Source: a virus (Duplodnaviria > Caudoviricetes). Taken from it: 64,000 nucleotides of DNA. Shown in pieces: positions 1-11,900 of this stretch. Below the pieces are notes generated by a model. It had not been told where the DNA came from. It searched no databases and saw nothing but the letters and a program-made list of their open reading frames with translations. The stretch's first letter is position 1. Each line of letters begins with the position of its first letter. Made by a program: the position numbers and the translations under genes. The stretch covers positions 128,001-192,000 of the IMG/VR virus record IMGVR_UViG_3300037424_000434; one strand, 5' to 3'.

Positions 1-765
1 GCTATTGACTGTTCCACAAATCCAGATTATCCAGCCGCTGATGCTGGTTGGTTATATAGAGTTTCGGTTGCCGGTAAGATAGGTGGGGCTAGTGGTATCA
101 ATGTGCAATCAGGCGATATGCTTATTTGTTTGGTTGATGCTACAGTATCAGGAGATCAAGCAACAGTTGGGGCTAACTGGAATATTATTCAGGCGAACAT
201 TGACGGGGCTGTTATCGGACCCGCTTCGGCTCAAGACAACTTTGTAGTCTTTTTTGATGGTGTATCAGGTAAATTAGTAAAAGATAATAACATACAATTA
301 ACGGGATCTAATACCGGCGATGTTACTATACCGACACCTAAATATTTTACTATTGTGGATCAGGTGATAACACAAAACACGGTTGCCGCTATATATGGTG
401 GTACCGGTATGACATCATATGTTATTGGTGATATCCTATATGCAAGTTCGGCCACAGCATTAAGTAAACTGGCTGATGTGGCAGTAGGTAACGTTCTTAT
501 TTCCGGGGGTATAGGGGTTGCCCCCTCATATGGGAAGGTCGGGTTGGCGACCCATGTTTCCGGGACTCTGGGAGTAGGTAACGGGGGTACTGGTGCGGTA
601 TCATTTACCACAAATGGCGTGTTATATGGGAATAGCACAAGTGCTTTACAGGTAACCGTTGCCGGTAGTCAATGGGATGCCACTTATTTGGTGGGAGAAA
701 TTCTTTCCATAAATTCTTCTGGTACTCCTACATGGACAAATATTATTGATGGTGGGGGATTCTGA
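1..765 (+). CDS. Tail fibre / virion structural protein, C-terminal part (5' truncated by window)
   Basis: Frame +1 is open from base 1 (AIDCSTNPDYPAADAGWLYRV...) into ORF 103..765. Gly/Thr/Val-rich with GGTG repeats typical of fibre proteins. Confidence 0.7.
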   Translation, partial: AIDCSTNPDYPAADAGWLYRVSVAGKIGGASGINVQSGDMLICLVDATVSGDQATVGANWNIIQANIDGAVIGPASAQDNFVVFFDGVSGKLVKDNNIQLTGSNTGDVTIPTPKYFTIVDQVITQNTVAAIYGGTGMTSYVIGDILYASSATALSKLADVAVGNVLISGGIGVAPSYGKVGLATHVSGTLGVGNGGTGAVSFTTNGVLYGNSTSALQVTVAGSQWDATYLVGEILSINSSGTPTWTNIIDGGGF

Positions 766-793
766 TATAGAAATAATATTTCAGGCTGTTATG

Positions 794-826
794 TACCCTC
801 TTGGTATTTGCCAAGGGGGTATTTTT
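794..826 (+). terminator. Rho-independent terminator
   Basis: 11-bp stem TACCCTCTTGG / CCAAGGGGGTA (one G-U pair), 6-nt loop, followed by TTTTT. Confidence 0.75.
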
Positions 827-827
827 G

Positions 828-835
828 TATAAATA
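828..835 (+). promoter_or_regulatory. T4-type late promoter TATAAATA
   Basis: Exact T4 gp55 consensus, intergenic, 42 nt upstream of the fibre gene start. A gp55 gene is present in the window. Confidence 0.75.
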
Positions 836-877
836 TAATTATAATCCTGTCTATATAGACAAAAAGGGGAAAGCCAT

Positions 878-3800
878 ATGGCAAATACGATCAAGGTCAA
901 ACGATCTGCGGTTCAAGGGAATGTTCCGACTACAGCTCAACTAGATTTAGGCGAAATCGCTATCAATACATATGATGGTAGAATGTTCGTAAAAAAAGAT
1001 GATGGTGCCGCATCAATTGTAACCCTTCTCGGTGATAGCAACGTTAATCATTTCACATTTGACATAACCCCAACCACGGTACCAACAATTGAAGGTACTC
1101 TTTCATGGGATGACACTTTTCATACATTAAAAGTTCAAGGAGATGTTTTGGTGTCCTCTCTTCAAGTTGGCCAAGAAGAGCGTACACGTGTATACAATGG
1201 CACAGGGTCAACTATTTTTGATGGTGAGGCTGTGCATATAATTGGTGGGAGTTCGGGTATTCCTTCGGTTACAAAATCTATCTCCAGCGATAGTACAGCA
1301 TCAACTGCCTGTGTGGGCGTGGCTACTCACGACATAGCAACAGGGACGACTGGTTTTGTGACCACACGGGGCCTTGTACACGATTATGATACCTCGACAT
1401 TTCCTGAAGGAAGTGTGTTGTATTTGTCTGACACCGTTTCGGGTGGGATGCAGATAGCAAAACCTCTTCCCCCTTCTTACACCATACCAATGGCGGTTGT
1501 TATTAGCAGTGCGGTGAATGGTATTATATATGTTGATATGAATAGACATACATCTACTGTTAGTATTATGGATACAGCACTCGCTTCGGCAGACCCAACG
1601 GGTTGGATCAATAATGACGGAATAACTTTGAGTTACGACAGTGCCGCAAGAACCGTAACATTGACTGGTGATCTTAGATATCAATATTATGGCCAAATTC
1701 TTGAACTAACATCTCCTTGGACTTCTACTGCTCACTCAGCCACAACAGGTGTTGCGTATTTCCTTCACTCATCAGATGGAGCAAATTTCACATGGACAAC
1801 AACTGCTTGGTCTTTTAAAAACGTGATGACCGCGTATGTTTGGTATGGAGCGACCGATAAGTATTGTTTGAGAGAACTTCATGGTGTAATGCCATGGCAG
1901 GTACACGAAGAGTTTCACAGTATTGCCGGAACATATAGAACAGGCGGGGGTACCTTGTCCGGATATATCCTTGACTCCGTTACCGCAACAAATCGTAGAC
2001 CAATTGTAGCAGAAACGTTTGTTAAAGACGAGGACAATAGAACAACTCTTCCGGTACTTAATAGTTCTCTCTATACAAAGCTAACCCAAACAGGAGCCGG
2101 GACCGCAGCCTTTACTGTAGAAACCGCAGAAATAGTTCCCTTATCTGGAAACCAACCTTATTGGAACGAATGGAATGGTTCTACGTGGCAGCAAACTTTA
2201 TTGACTGCAAATGATTATATGTCTGTGTGGGTGGTGGCAGTTCCTGTTACAAGCGATCTTGTTTCACAGAAATATAGATATCTATGGGTCCAAGGACAGT
2301 CAAGTGGAACATTGATAAGTCAACAGGCCAGTTTTCCGTCTGACGTTAACCTTGGTTCATTAACAACAACCGCCACTGAGTTTGTTTTTATAGCAAAAAT
2401 CATTATCAGATATACCGGGGGAGATTGGCGGATTATCAGTGTAGACAACATCACAGGCACCAAGGCAAGTTCGACCGCCTCTAGTTCCGGTGTATATTTG
2501 TCGCAGGTATATACTGATGCTACATTGTCCGGTGCTGGCACAATTGCAAGTCCCTTGTCAGTGGTAACTGCGCCCACCGCAACCACATTGACCTTGGCTG
2601 ACAGACAGACCGCAGGGACTCACTATCCAACATTCGCAGCCGTGGCTACGGGAAACCAATCAATATACACCGATGCCGGGATTACGTATGACCCAAGCTC
2701 CAACACACTATCAACGACCGGCATAACTTTATCTGGTACCTTGACTGCTGCGGTTTCCTTGGGTATAGGCACTGTCTCCCCACAAGGCGCATTTGAGGTT
2801 GCGGGTATCGTGGACACAAATGGGGCACATTTCACTGCGATTGGTCAGCGAGTTGACCCCATTGTAACAATAACAGGCGCTGGAGCCGGACCAACCCCCG
2901 CATTGGCATATGTATGTCAAGGTTTGTTGGTTAATATTGCGGGGAATGCTGCCGCAAATACCAATATATTCGAATGTCAAACCATTGGCGCAACAAAACT
3001 TGTTGTATCAGAGCGCGGATGGGTTGGGATTGGTACGAATGCCCCTTCTTCTGAGATAACAATAGATTCAAGTTCTCCCTACATCACGATACTCAACTCA
3101 GCAACTCTTGCATGTGGATTAAAATTCTATAATGATGTTTTTGATAAATGCAGCATTTTGCATTATGGGTCTGGGGTTGTTGGTCAACAAGGTGATATGG
3201 TTTTCCATTCAAACAGGATTACCGCATTTACGTTTGTTAATAACAACGTAAGCGAACTGTTTAGAGTTGATTATGACGGGACTGTTGGTATAGGTATTGC
3301 TTCCCCGGAAGCAATGTTGCATATTAACAGTACCACTTGGAGATCTGATACCCCCGGAACATCTCAGTTACTGCGGTTAGGGGATAATCCTTCGGGTGAA
3401 ATGTTTGGTTTGAGAATAAGTTCATCGGGAACACAAGACCTGAACATTGACAGGTATTATAGTTCTGTGTGGAGTTCTGCGGTAACCATATCAAGATTGA
3501 ATGGATATGTTGGCATAGGAACAATTTCTCCCTCAGTGGCAAAATTGCATGTGGATGGTGGATACGTACAATACAAAGGGTATAATAGTTCTCAGGCGAT
3601 ATATTCGGGGGCGGTCGCTGCATCGGTTGGTGGGTATTACTCAGTAAACTCCTATTACGCAAATAGTTTTCTGTTTACCCCTACATACACCACAGCGGGG
3701 GGTATGCACATCAGAAACACAGGTAACGTAGATTTTTGTGCTGATGATGGACTTACTATAGGTGGCGATTATATACCAACAACAAGACTTAGTATACTAG

Positions 3801-4741
3801 CGGCAACAGGTTATGTCGGTATCGGAAAAACTCCTATCAGTGCATTAGATGTTAACGGTGATATGAGAATTCCCTCCGCCAATTTTGTTTATTTAAAAGA
3901 GACAGGGATTGATAGTTATATAAATTATTGGAAATGGGAAGGTAGTATCTCTTCTGGTATGATGATCAGTAATACTGATCCTACTGGAGAGTTTTACATC
4001 CAAACAAATTCCACAACAGCTTTTACTATACTGAGTGACCAAAAGGTTGGTATCGGGACAACAACACCTATATCATTGCTCGAAGTACATGCTCCAAATA
4101 CTATCACGGGTGTATTGACCATTAGTGGGGGAAATTCTACCGTTGCAGCCATAGGAGAGATACATGCTAGATTAGATTTTGGACAAAATGATGGGTCAAT
4201 GACCAGCACTAACCGTATTGGGGGTAGTATTGCTCTCGTATCAGAAATAATAAATGGAGCATATGCAGGACTTGCCTTTTATACCGGACAACAAGGACGA
4301 GTTCCCGATGTTCTGGCGGAAGCGGTAAGGATAGATAATAATGGCAGCGTTGGTATAGGGACAACAACTCCTTCTTCTGTATTGGATGTTGCAGGGGATA
4401 TTAGAGTAAATTCATTGGTTAACATTGATGCCGATAGTATTACATTGGCGACAGTGACGCCGACAATGATAACATCATTTCCCGTGGCAACTTATGGTAG
4501 CGGAAAAATGATCATTCAGGCATACGACACTGTTACAGGGGAAAGACAGGTATCAGAATTGTTGGTGCTACATGATGGAGTCATAGCATCTGCAACAGAA
4601 TATGGCATATTGTACAGCGGAACCGCTTTGATATCAACATTCGATGTTGACATTAGTGGCGGCAACTTGAGAGTGTTGGCGACAGGAAGCACCGCAAACA
4701 GCACACAATACAAAATATCAGAAAGTTTGGTGGTGATATAA
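878..4741 (+). CDS. Long tail fibre protein (T4 gp37-like N-terminus)
   Basis: N-terminus IKVKRSAVQGNVPTTAQLDLGEIAINTYDGRMFVK resembles the T4 gp37 N-terminal motif. Multiple G-x-VGIGT-x-x-P fibre repeats. 1287 aa. Confidence 0.75.
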   Translation: MANTIKVKRSAVQGNVPTTAQLDLGEIAINTYDGRMFVKKDDGAASIVTLLGDSNVNHFTFDITPTTVPTIEGTLSWDDTFHTLKVQGDVLVSSLQVGQEERTRVYNGTGSTIFDGEAVHIIGGSSGIPSVTKSISSDSTASTACVGVATHDIATGTTGFVTTRGLVHDYDTSTFPEGSVLYLSDTVSGGMQIAKPLPPSYTIPMAVVISSAVNGIIYVDMNRHTSTVSIMDTALASADPTGWINNDGITLSYDSAARTVTLTGDLRYQYYGQILELTSPWTSTAHSATTGVAYFLHSSDGANFTWTTTAWSFKNVMTAYVWYGATDKYCLRELHGVMPWQVHEEFHSIAGTYRTGGGTLSGYILDSVTATNRRPIVAETFVKDEDNRTTLPVLNSSLYTKLTQTGAGTAAFTVETAEIVPLSGNQPYWNEWNGSTWQQTLLTANDYMSVWVVAVPVTSDLVSQKYRYLWVQGQSSGTLISQQASFPSDVNLGSLTTTATEFVFIAKIIIRYTGGDWRIISVDNITGTKASSTASSSGVYLSQVYTDATLSGAGTIASPLSVVTAPTATTLTLADRQTAGTHYPTFAAVATGNQSIYTDAGITYDPSSNTLSTTGITLSGTLTAAVSLGIGTVSPQGAFEVAGIVDTNGAHFTAIGQRVDPIVTITGAGAGPTPALAYVCQGLLVNIAGNAAANTNIFECQTIGATKLVVSERGWVGIGTNAPSSEITIDSSSPYITILNSATLACGLKFYNDVFDKCSILHYGSGVVGQQGDMVFHSNRITAFTFVNNNVSELFRVDYDGTVGIGIASPEAMLHINSTTWRSDTPGTSQLLRLGDNPSGEMFGLRISSSGTQDLNIDRYYSSVWSSAVTISRLNGYVGIGTISPSVAKLHVDGGYVQYKGYNSSQAIYSGAVAASVGGYYSVNSYYANSFLFTPTYTTAGGMHIRNTGNVDFCADDGLTIGGDYIPTTRLSILAATGYVGIGKTPISALDVNGDMRIPSANFVYLKETGIDSYINYWKWEGSISSGMMISNTDPTGEFYIQTNSTTAFTILSDQKVGIGTTTPISLLEVHAPNTITGVLTISGGNSTVAAIGEIHARLDFGQNDGSMTSTNRIGGSIALVSEIINGAYAGLAFYTGQQGRVPDVLAEAVRIDNNGSVGIGTTTPSSVLDVAGDIRVNSLVNIDADSITLATVTPTMITSFPVATYGSGKMIIQAYDTVTGERQVSELLVLHDGVIASATEYGILYSGTALISTFDVDISGGNLRVLATGSTANSTQYKISESLVVI

Positions 4742-5976
4742 TGGGGATTGCTTATAACACATCTATTGTTCGGGATGGTTTAGTGGTGTATTTTGATCTA
4801 AACAATACCTCAAAGTCATGGAAAGGCGCACCAGTAATAAACAGTCTATATACAGTTGTGCCACCATATACTCCATTTTCGCCGTGGACTGTTGGGGGTG
4901 TAAACACCGACGTCACAGGTACCTCGGACCAAGGACCGGTTAAAGAGTCAAAGACATGGAAATTCGAGAAAACAGGAACTTCTAGTCAATGGAATGGGTG
5001 GGAAGGTTCATATATAGGGCGTTTTACAGGGGTTGCCGGGGATACTTGGGGTGTAAGCTATTGGTATAAAACTAATTCATCTATTCTTTCGCAGTTTTCC
5101 GTGGGTCTTTTTTATACAGAAACTTGGGATAGAGCATATGATACCACTTTATTAGAATCAGTTAGTAATATAATACCAGATGGTCAATGGCATTATAATT
5201 ATTCGGTGGTGCAGATAAACGAAGATTACACCAATGCTGTTATTGTTGATGGCCCGAGTTGGCATTATAGTTCAAGCGCCGGTAGTGTATATATTAACGG
5301 TCTACAATGGAACAAAAACCCTTATGTCGCTCCCCATGCAGTTGGTACACGTGCATCCACAGAGGGTCTGGTTGATATAATGGGCAATGCTGTTGCTGAA
5401 TTATCCACGGCAGGATTTTATTATAACGGGGATCTTACGTTTAGTGGTGATACTCATGTAACATCTACATATAATAACACTGATTTGGATGGTGATCCAG
5501 TGTTCAGTGTGGAAATGGTGGTCAAAAGGACAGATATTTTTAATGGCGGCGGGTATTGGGGTCTTGCTGGAGATGCATCTCTTGCCGGTATTTCTGGCTA
5601 CACATCTGTTGCCAATAAGATAAGCATTGATTTATGGGGGACAGCCACTTTTCATTGTGGGATAGATTATCCATTGGATGAGTGGGTTCATGTTGTGTGG
5701 GCCAAAAATGCCAAACTATTTAATGTGAACACAGTAGTTATATATGTTAATGGGGTTGGGTATACAGCCGAGGATCTAACTGTGGCCAGAGGCACCTCCC
5801 ATACACCCGATTTGAACACTTCAATCAAAGGCATTACTATGGGCAAACTGTCCCCGGTAACAACAGGGTATTACGCTCCCGGAGAAATAGGGCTTATGAG
5901 AATATATAACAGAGCCTTGGGTTTAGATGAAGTACAGAAAAACTTTGAATCAATACGGGGGAGATATGGTATATGA
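4741..5976 (+). CDS. LamG/concanavalin A-like lectin domain virion protein
   Basis: N-terminal GLVVYFD motif; C-terminal WVHVVW...GEIGLMRIYNRAL...EVQKNF typical of the LamG_3 fold. Confidence 0.75.
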   Translation: MGIAYNTSIVRDGLVVYFDLNNTSKSWKGAPVINSLYTVVPPYTPFSPWTVGGVNTDVTGTSDQGPVKESKTWKFEKTGTSSQWNGWEGSYIGRFTGVAGDTWGVSYWYKTNSSILSQFSVGLFYTETWDRAYDTTLLESVSNIIPDGQWHYNYSVVQINEDYTNAVIVDGPSWHYSSSAGSVYINGLQWNKNPYVAPHAVGTRASTEGLVDIMGNAVAELSTAGFYYNGDLTFSGDTHVTSTYNNTDLDGDPVFSVEMVVKRTDIFNGGGYWGLAGDASLAGISGYTSVANKISIDLWGTATFHCGIDYPLDEWVHVVWAKNAKLFNVNTVVIYVNGVGYTAEDLTVARGTSHTPDLNTSIKGITMGKLSPVTTGYYAPGEIGLMRIYNRALGLDEVQKNFESIRGRYGI

Positions 5977-7169
5977 GCCTGATACACGGAAATAGTTCAT
6001 CTAGAAATGGCCTTGTTTTGTGTTATGATATGGGTAATACGGGTAAATCATGGAAAGGTGCTCCTACAACCAACTTGTTTTCTTCTCCGTTGGATATGTC
6101 CGATGTTTCATGGGCAATTAATAGTGTTGTTGTGGTTGGAGATAAAATTGAACTAATATCCGCAACCACCGCATCACATTACATATTTAGTGATTCGAGT
6201 TTAATAACGGGGACACAATACACACAATCAGTGCTAGCAAAAGCCGGAGAATTAACCATATTACAGATAGCACCATCAACTGGCTTTGGGGGTGTCGGTG
6301 GTTTTATAAATTATGATCTCATAAATGGTGTGATGAATATAACAGGAACTGGTATTGGTACAATAACTTATATGGGTGATGGGTGGTATCATTGCACATA
6401 TACAGAAACAAGCACGAGCACTGGCAGCGGTATGATGGTTTTCTGTTTAGCTCAGAATATTAATTCAACCCGGTTGGGGTCTTTTTCTGGGGCGGCAGGC
6501 GAAGGACTGTATTTAAAACAACCCCAAATAGAAGCAAATGAATTTGCCACCCCGTTTGTTGTTGGTAGCAGATCAACAACAAATAATTTAATTGACATAA
6601 CAGGGAACCATTCATTGACTTCTTCTAATATGCAATACAATGAAGATAATACTTTTGAGTTTACTGGGGTTAATAGTTTGGTTGTTTGTGGGATCGGGAA
6701 CGATTTCTTTCCGTTACCAGAGTTTGCGATGGAGTTTTGGTTTAGATGTGATGGGACAACACCAACAACAGGGACAGACAACGGCCTCTGTGGGTTTACG
6801 TATGGTATAGCGACAAAAGTTTCCCCGACATATATAACTTTTTATCTGGATGATGGAATTGCTTTTACTTCTGTAAGCTCCCCTAGCATTTATAATTTTC
6901 ATGATTCCTCGTGGCATCACTTGGTTGTACAGGCAAACAGCACAATGAAATATATGTATGTGGATGGGGTATTTGTCAATTCGTCTCCGGGGTCGTGGTC
7001 TGGTTCTACTCGATGGCCAACAAGCGGATGTTATATTGGACAAGACATTAACAACAGTTCGTTTCATTTTAGGGGATCTATTCCTATAACAAAGTTGTAT
7101 AATAGAATGCTTACTGTTGATGAAGTGAAACGGGGGTTTGAATCCACCCGAGGGAGGTTCGGTATATAA
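5973..7169 (+). CDS. LamG/concanavalin A-like lectin domain virion protein (paralog of upstream gene)
   Basis: GLVLCYDMGNTGKSWKGAP N-terminus shared with 4741..5976; WHHLVV...KLYNRML C-terminal LamG motif; ATGA overlap. Confidence 0.75.
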   Translation: MSLIHGNSSSRNGLVLCYDMGNTGKSWKGAPTTNLFSSPLDMSDVSWAINSVVVVGDKIELISATTASHYIFSDSSLITGTQYTQSVLAKAGELTILQIAPSTGFGGVGGFINYDLINGVMNITGTGIGTITYMGDGWYHCTYTETSTSTGSGMMVFCLAQNINSTRLGSFSGAAGEGLYLKQPQIEANEFATPFVVGSRSTTNNLIDITGNHSLTSSNMQYNEDNTFEFTGVNSLVVCGIGNDFFPLPEFAMEFWFRCDGTTPTTGTDNGLCGFTYGIATKVSPTYITFYLDDGIAFTSVSSPSIYNFHDSSWHHLVVQANSTMKYMYVDGVFVNSSPGSWSGSTRWPTSGCYIGQDINNSSFHFRGSIPITKLYNRMLTVDEVKRGFESTRGRFGI

Positions 7170-7191
7170 CTACTTGTGATTAAATATTTAA

Positions 7192-7199
7192 TATAAATA
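7192..7199 (+). promoter_or_regulatory. T4-type late promoter TATAAATA
   Basis: Exact consensus in the intergenic gap before 7237. Confidence 0.7.
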
Positions 7200-7236
7200 T
7201 AAGTACAATAAATCCATATGGGGAGAGTGAACCGTT

Positions 7237-8919
7237 ATGGCTAATGATAATAGATTCGTTGTTAAAAACGGGTTAGGGGCTCAGAATATCAACTTCACGA
7301 GTCCAGATACAATTAACAGTATACAAGTAACCATGCTTGATAGTGACACCCTTTCCGTAAGCGGTGATAGTGGACAATTGTTTTCTATCACAGACTCTCT
7401 TATTGGTACCATATTCGCAGTCAATGATATTTCCGGCATACCCTCTATAGAAGTGGATGATGATGGCACCATAAGGTTTGCTGAGACGGTTGGTAATGTT
7501 TTAATTGGTACTGCCATCGATAACGGAACAGATAAATTACAAGTCAACGGAACTATTTCTGCCACAACGTTTGTTGGGGCGGTTAGTGGTATAGCGACCG
7601 GCGCAGATCAATTGTATTATACGTCAATTGGGGATGATGTAAGTTATTATCTTCCTTTTGTTAATAGCTCCTCATCCGGATACAAAGATACGTATGTCGA
7701 TTCTGGAGTTACATATAATCCTTATACTAACACAGTAACGACATCCATCATACAATCCACCGGCAATGCTTATCTACAAGGCGCACAGACAGAGATTGGT
7801 ACGTCCACCACTCAAGGCATATTAAAGCTTTGGGGAGCAACACCGGGGGCATCCGCTCAAATCCATGTTTCTACAGGTAACCTACACATCAATGCTTTTT
7901 CTGCTTCAACCAGCATATATTTAAATTATTATACAGGATCTGGTGTTATTTTTGGTAACGGCGCTACTGGTTATGGTTCGATGGTTGCTGCTAATGGACA
8001 GTTTGTGTCAACCATAGTAACAGGCACTGCCCCTTTTGTGGTAGCATCAACAACGCTTGTATCTAATCTTAATGCCGATTATCTTGACAGTTTACACTCA
8101 ACATCTTTTCTTCGGAGTGATGCTGCTGCCACAAAAACCTCTGGGTCATTAACGTTTGATGATAATGTTTTTTTGGTATTGGGCACGGGAACTGACGTTG
8201 CACATGTGTGGAATGGGACTCATTATACAATGGATGTTGCTACTGGTAATATATATTATGACATAGGATCTTATTGGTATATAAGAGATAGAGATGCCGC
8301 AGATGCCGTAAGACTTACCTTTGATAGCGCAACAGGTAATATGACCATAACAGGTGTTATGACTGCTTCTTCTTTTAGTGGCAATGCTTCTAGCGCCACA
8401 CAAACATACTACACGAATACCCAAACCGATGGTTCGTATTATATTCCATTCGTAAATTCCAGTAGTTCTGGGTTTAGAGATGCCTATGTCGATGTTGGGA
8501 TATCATATAATCCTTCAACTAATGCATTAAGTGTGATTGGTGGCACAAACGCGGCATATATCGGCCTAAACAATACCTCACAAACATCTGGAAATGGATT
8601 GTCTTTATATGGTGGATACACTGTAGGTCAACCCACATATGGTATGATGTTTGCCGGAACCCCAACATTTGGCACCCATGGATCGGTTGTTGGTGATTGG
8701 GCGATGTACTTCAACGTGAATAATGGATCTGATCGTGGATGGATATTCAGGGATGTTTCTTCCGCTGTCAATGTTGCTTCTATCACAAACACTGGTATAG
8801 CAAACTTTGATGTGAGTGTTTCCACTAAAGCACAAATAGTACAAGACTCAACTAATGTTGATAAAGTTTCTTTGACATACAATGAGACAACAAACTCATT
8901 AGATTTTAATTTTATATAA
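7237..8919 (+). CDS. Tail fibre shaft-like protein
   Basis: Ser/Thr/Gly-rich; internal duplication YYxPFVNSSSSG; LNADxLD fibre motif; ends in DFNFI like 12783..14441. Confidence 0.65.
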   Translation: MANDNRFVVKNGLGAQNINFTSPDTINSIQVTMLDSDTLSVSGDSGQLFSITDSLIGTIFAVNDISGIPSIEVDDDGTIRFAETVGNVLIGTAIDNGTDKLQVNGTISATTFVGAVSGIATGADQLYYTSIGDDVSYYLPFVNSSSSGYKDTYVDSGVTYNPYTNTVTTSIIQSTGNAYLQGAQTEIGTSTTQGILKLWGATPGASAQIHVSTGNLHINAFSASTSIYLNYYTGSGVIFGNGATGYGSMVAANGQFVSTIVTGTAPFVVASTTLVSNLNADYLDSLHSTSFLRSDAAATKTSGSLTFDDNVFLVLGTGTDVAHVWNGTHYTMDVATGNIYYDIGSYWYIRDRDAADAVRLTFDSATGNMTITGVMTASSFSGNASSATQTYYTNTQTDGSYYIPFVNSSSSGFRDAYVDVGISYNPSTNALSVIGGTNAAYIGLNNTSQTSGNGLSLYGGYTVGQPTYGMMFAGTPTFGTHGSVVGDWAMYFNVNNGSDRGWIFRDVSSAVNVASITNTGIANFDVSVSTKAQIVQDSTNVDKVSLTYNETTNSLDFNFI

Positions 8920-8928
8920 GGTAACAAT

Positions 8929-11900
8929 ATGTCTTTGGTTGGTTGGTGGAAATTAGATGGGGATTTTGATGATTATTCTGTGTATGGAAATCACGGAACA
9001 ACTGTTGGTTCGTTCGCTGACGGGAAAATAGGGCAGTGTGTTAATTTTGCAAGCACCACAGGAAGTGTTATAGGTAACGTTGATACTTTAGGGTTGCCTA
9101 CAATGACCCAGAATTTGACCATCTCTTTTTGGGTATATCCAGATTCATTTCCAGTGTCACCCTCTAGACATGGAATCATGCAGACGGCATATGGTGCGGA
9201 ATTTGCTATTAACATCACTTCTATTGGGTCTGTTCAGTATTATAGTGGCACCTCTGGTGGACGGATCACACCATTTCAAGTAGTAACAGCTACTTCAATG
9301 TTAGAAGTAGGTAAATGGCAACACGTTACGGTGGTTAGAGATATAACAAACAAAACCATTGAGTTTTTTAAGAACGGGGTTAGTTTTGTGTCTCACACTT
9401 GGGCCTCTCCGTATTACCCAGCAGCACAGGCAGTAGGATATCCGTTAGTATTGGGGTGGTCGTATGTTGGGGCTCTGGTTGGAAAGCTAAATGATGTCAG
9501 AATATATGATCACGCAATGTCCTTGAGGGAAGTTAAAGAGTTAGCAAAAACCAAAATGTTGCATTACAAATTTAACGACTTTCAGGAACCAACCATAAAT
9601 GAGTTTGACGAAAGTGTTATGGTTAATAGCACATACGATGGGCCGGGTGATATCCAGATAGGTGAATTGGACGCATTTGGTGGAACGGATAATGTTGTGA
9701 GAAGGATCACAGGCAAGGTTCGGTTTGGAAATTCAGTCGGTGTTGACGTGGGGACATTATACCAAGGGTCCACTTATACTTTCTCTGTCTACTTAAGAAA
9801 GGTTCTGGGGGAAATCGAACCATCAGGGACATTTGAATTTGATATATGTGATTTAGTGGATGAAGTTAATTTTGCTGGGTCTTTGGTTGACAATTTAACA
9901 TACGATTGGAGAAGGTTTGCGGTTACTGCTTACCATGACACAAATATAGCCCATCATTTTACTGATATCGGTGAATATTTGGGGACAGGTGTGTGGGAGT
10001 GGTGTTGTGCTCAGATAGAAAACAAAGATCACGCAACCCCTTTTGTTAATATACATAATTCGAGGGATGGGGTTATTGGGGATTGTTCGGATTATGGCAG
10101 ACATGCATATTCTATTATAGACAACTCATATAGCTATAAAATAGACCACGTTGACCAGTATGGCACATGGTTGAAAATATTTAATCATGAATCCTTAATT
10201 AACACAAATTTGTTCGCGAGTGCCGCTGAGGCGTCGTATAATGATCCAAATAATCCAGAAAGCAACAAATTTTCTATTTTATCTCAGATACCAAGTTTTG
10301 TGCGAAAGGACGGTAAATATAAATTCAAATTATCATATCCAGACGTTGATGTGACGAATATTTGGTATCAAACAAATGATCCAAATATTGATGGGGTATA
10401 TGCGGTTTCTGGATATGAAGCAATTTCAATAGACTCGACTGTTCAAAGTTGGTACGGACTTGCTCGTAGTAGTGTCCCCACCACAACATATATGGATGGA
10501 TGTGATGGGGTGAGTTGGTGGTGGTCTGTTGGTCAGATAACCGCTTATGGGGGATCAAGTGGGGGCAATCCCGGCCCCGGCGTGGCGGTTAATAAAACCG
10601 AACTATATATTTGTGTGGAAAACACTTCGGCGTTTAACGCATTTCCTCAATGGGTTTCTGATGGCAAAACCGGGGGTGGCTGTTATAGATTTGATGGTAT
10701 TCATAGAATCGTTACTAACAGAATATTCATGGACACTAATATTCAAAGTTGGACAGCGGCAGCGTGGGTTAAGTTAGATGTTAATAATACGACACAAAGA
10801 TTGGTTGATTTTAATCTAGGTAACAACATTATTAGAGGAGGAACCACCAAGGCGCTTTTGTATATTAACGATGGGGTAAATGATGCTTATACTTATTCAA
10901 CCGGGGCAATGCCAGTAGGCGAATGGTTTCACCTCGCATTTGTTCTCAATACTGACACCATTAGATGTCAAATATATCTAAATGGATCACTGCATGGATC
11001 ATCTGCCAACTATGCAGGAACCGAAACCCCCGCAGGGTTTGTTAACTCAACCATCTTTGGTGACTGGGTACAAGGCCAATTAGATGATATTAGAATATAT
11101 GCAACAGATTTGTCCTCCGAGGATATTTTGGAGTTATACCAAACAAAGCAATCTTTGGATGATGTGGGTAACCTATATATGAATGAACTGGTAGAAAATA
11201 CGTATTGGGACGAGGGTATTGATAATACAAATCTCTTATATAACGGGGATGCTTCTGTTGGTGATAATTCAAATTTTTCTCCGCTGACATATTATTCACC
11301 GGAAAAATGTTTTACTTATACGTCAGCGTCTTCTCAATGGATAAGCAATTATTATATTCCTGTTATAGGGAATGGGGTTGATACGTTCGATCAGTATATG
11401 TTGTCTGGTTTCTTTAAGCAACCAACAGGAACTATGTCTAAGTTTTATTATATGATAGTGTGTTATGACAAAGACAAAAATTTTATAGATCATACTAGGG
11501 TGGCTTTTTATCCTAATACCCAGACAGTAACAACACAAACAATAAACAATGGGGATGAATATGTATATGTTGATGATCTAACAAACTGGTATGATGATGG
11601 ATTGGATGGGTATGTACACCAAAAAACATTTGCTTGTTGGCCTATAGGTGTTGCAGAATACCCCCCATTTACGTATTCGAGGCACGTTAATCTTGTTAGG
11701 TTTGTTGACAAGACACTGAATAGATTACGATTGAATACTGTGTGGAGCGGTGGAACCGTGCCTATCGGTTCTCCTGTGACAAATTCTTATTCAGGATCTA
11801 TTTATTCATATATCGCCGCATCTAATGCTCTTATGACACCTGATTGGGTTTATTATTCAGGATCTACTTATGCTTCTGCCCATATTGTGGGTATGAGAGC

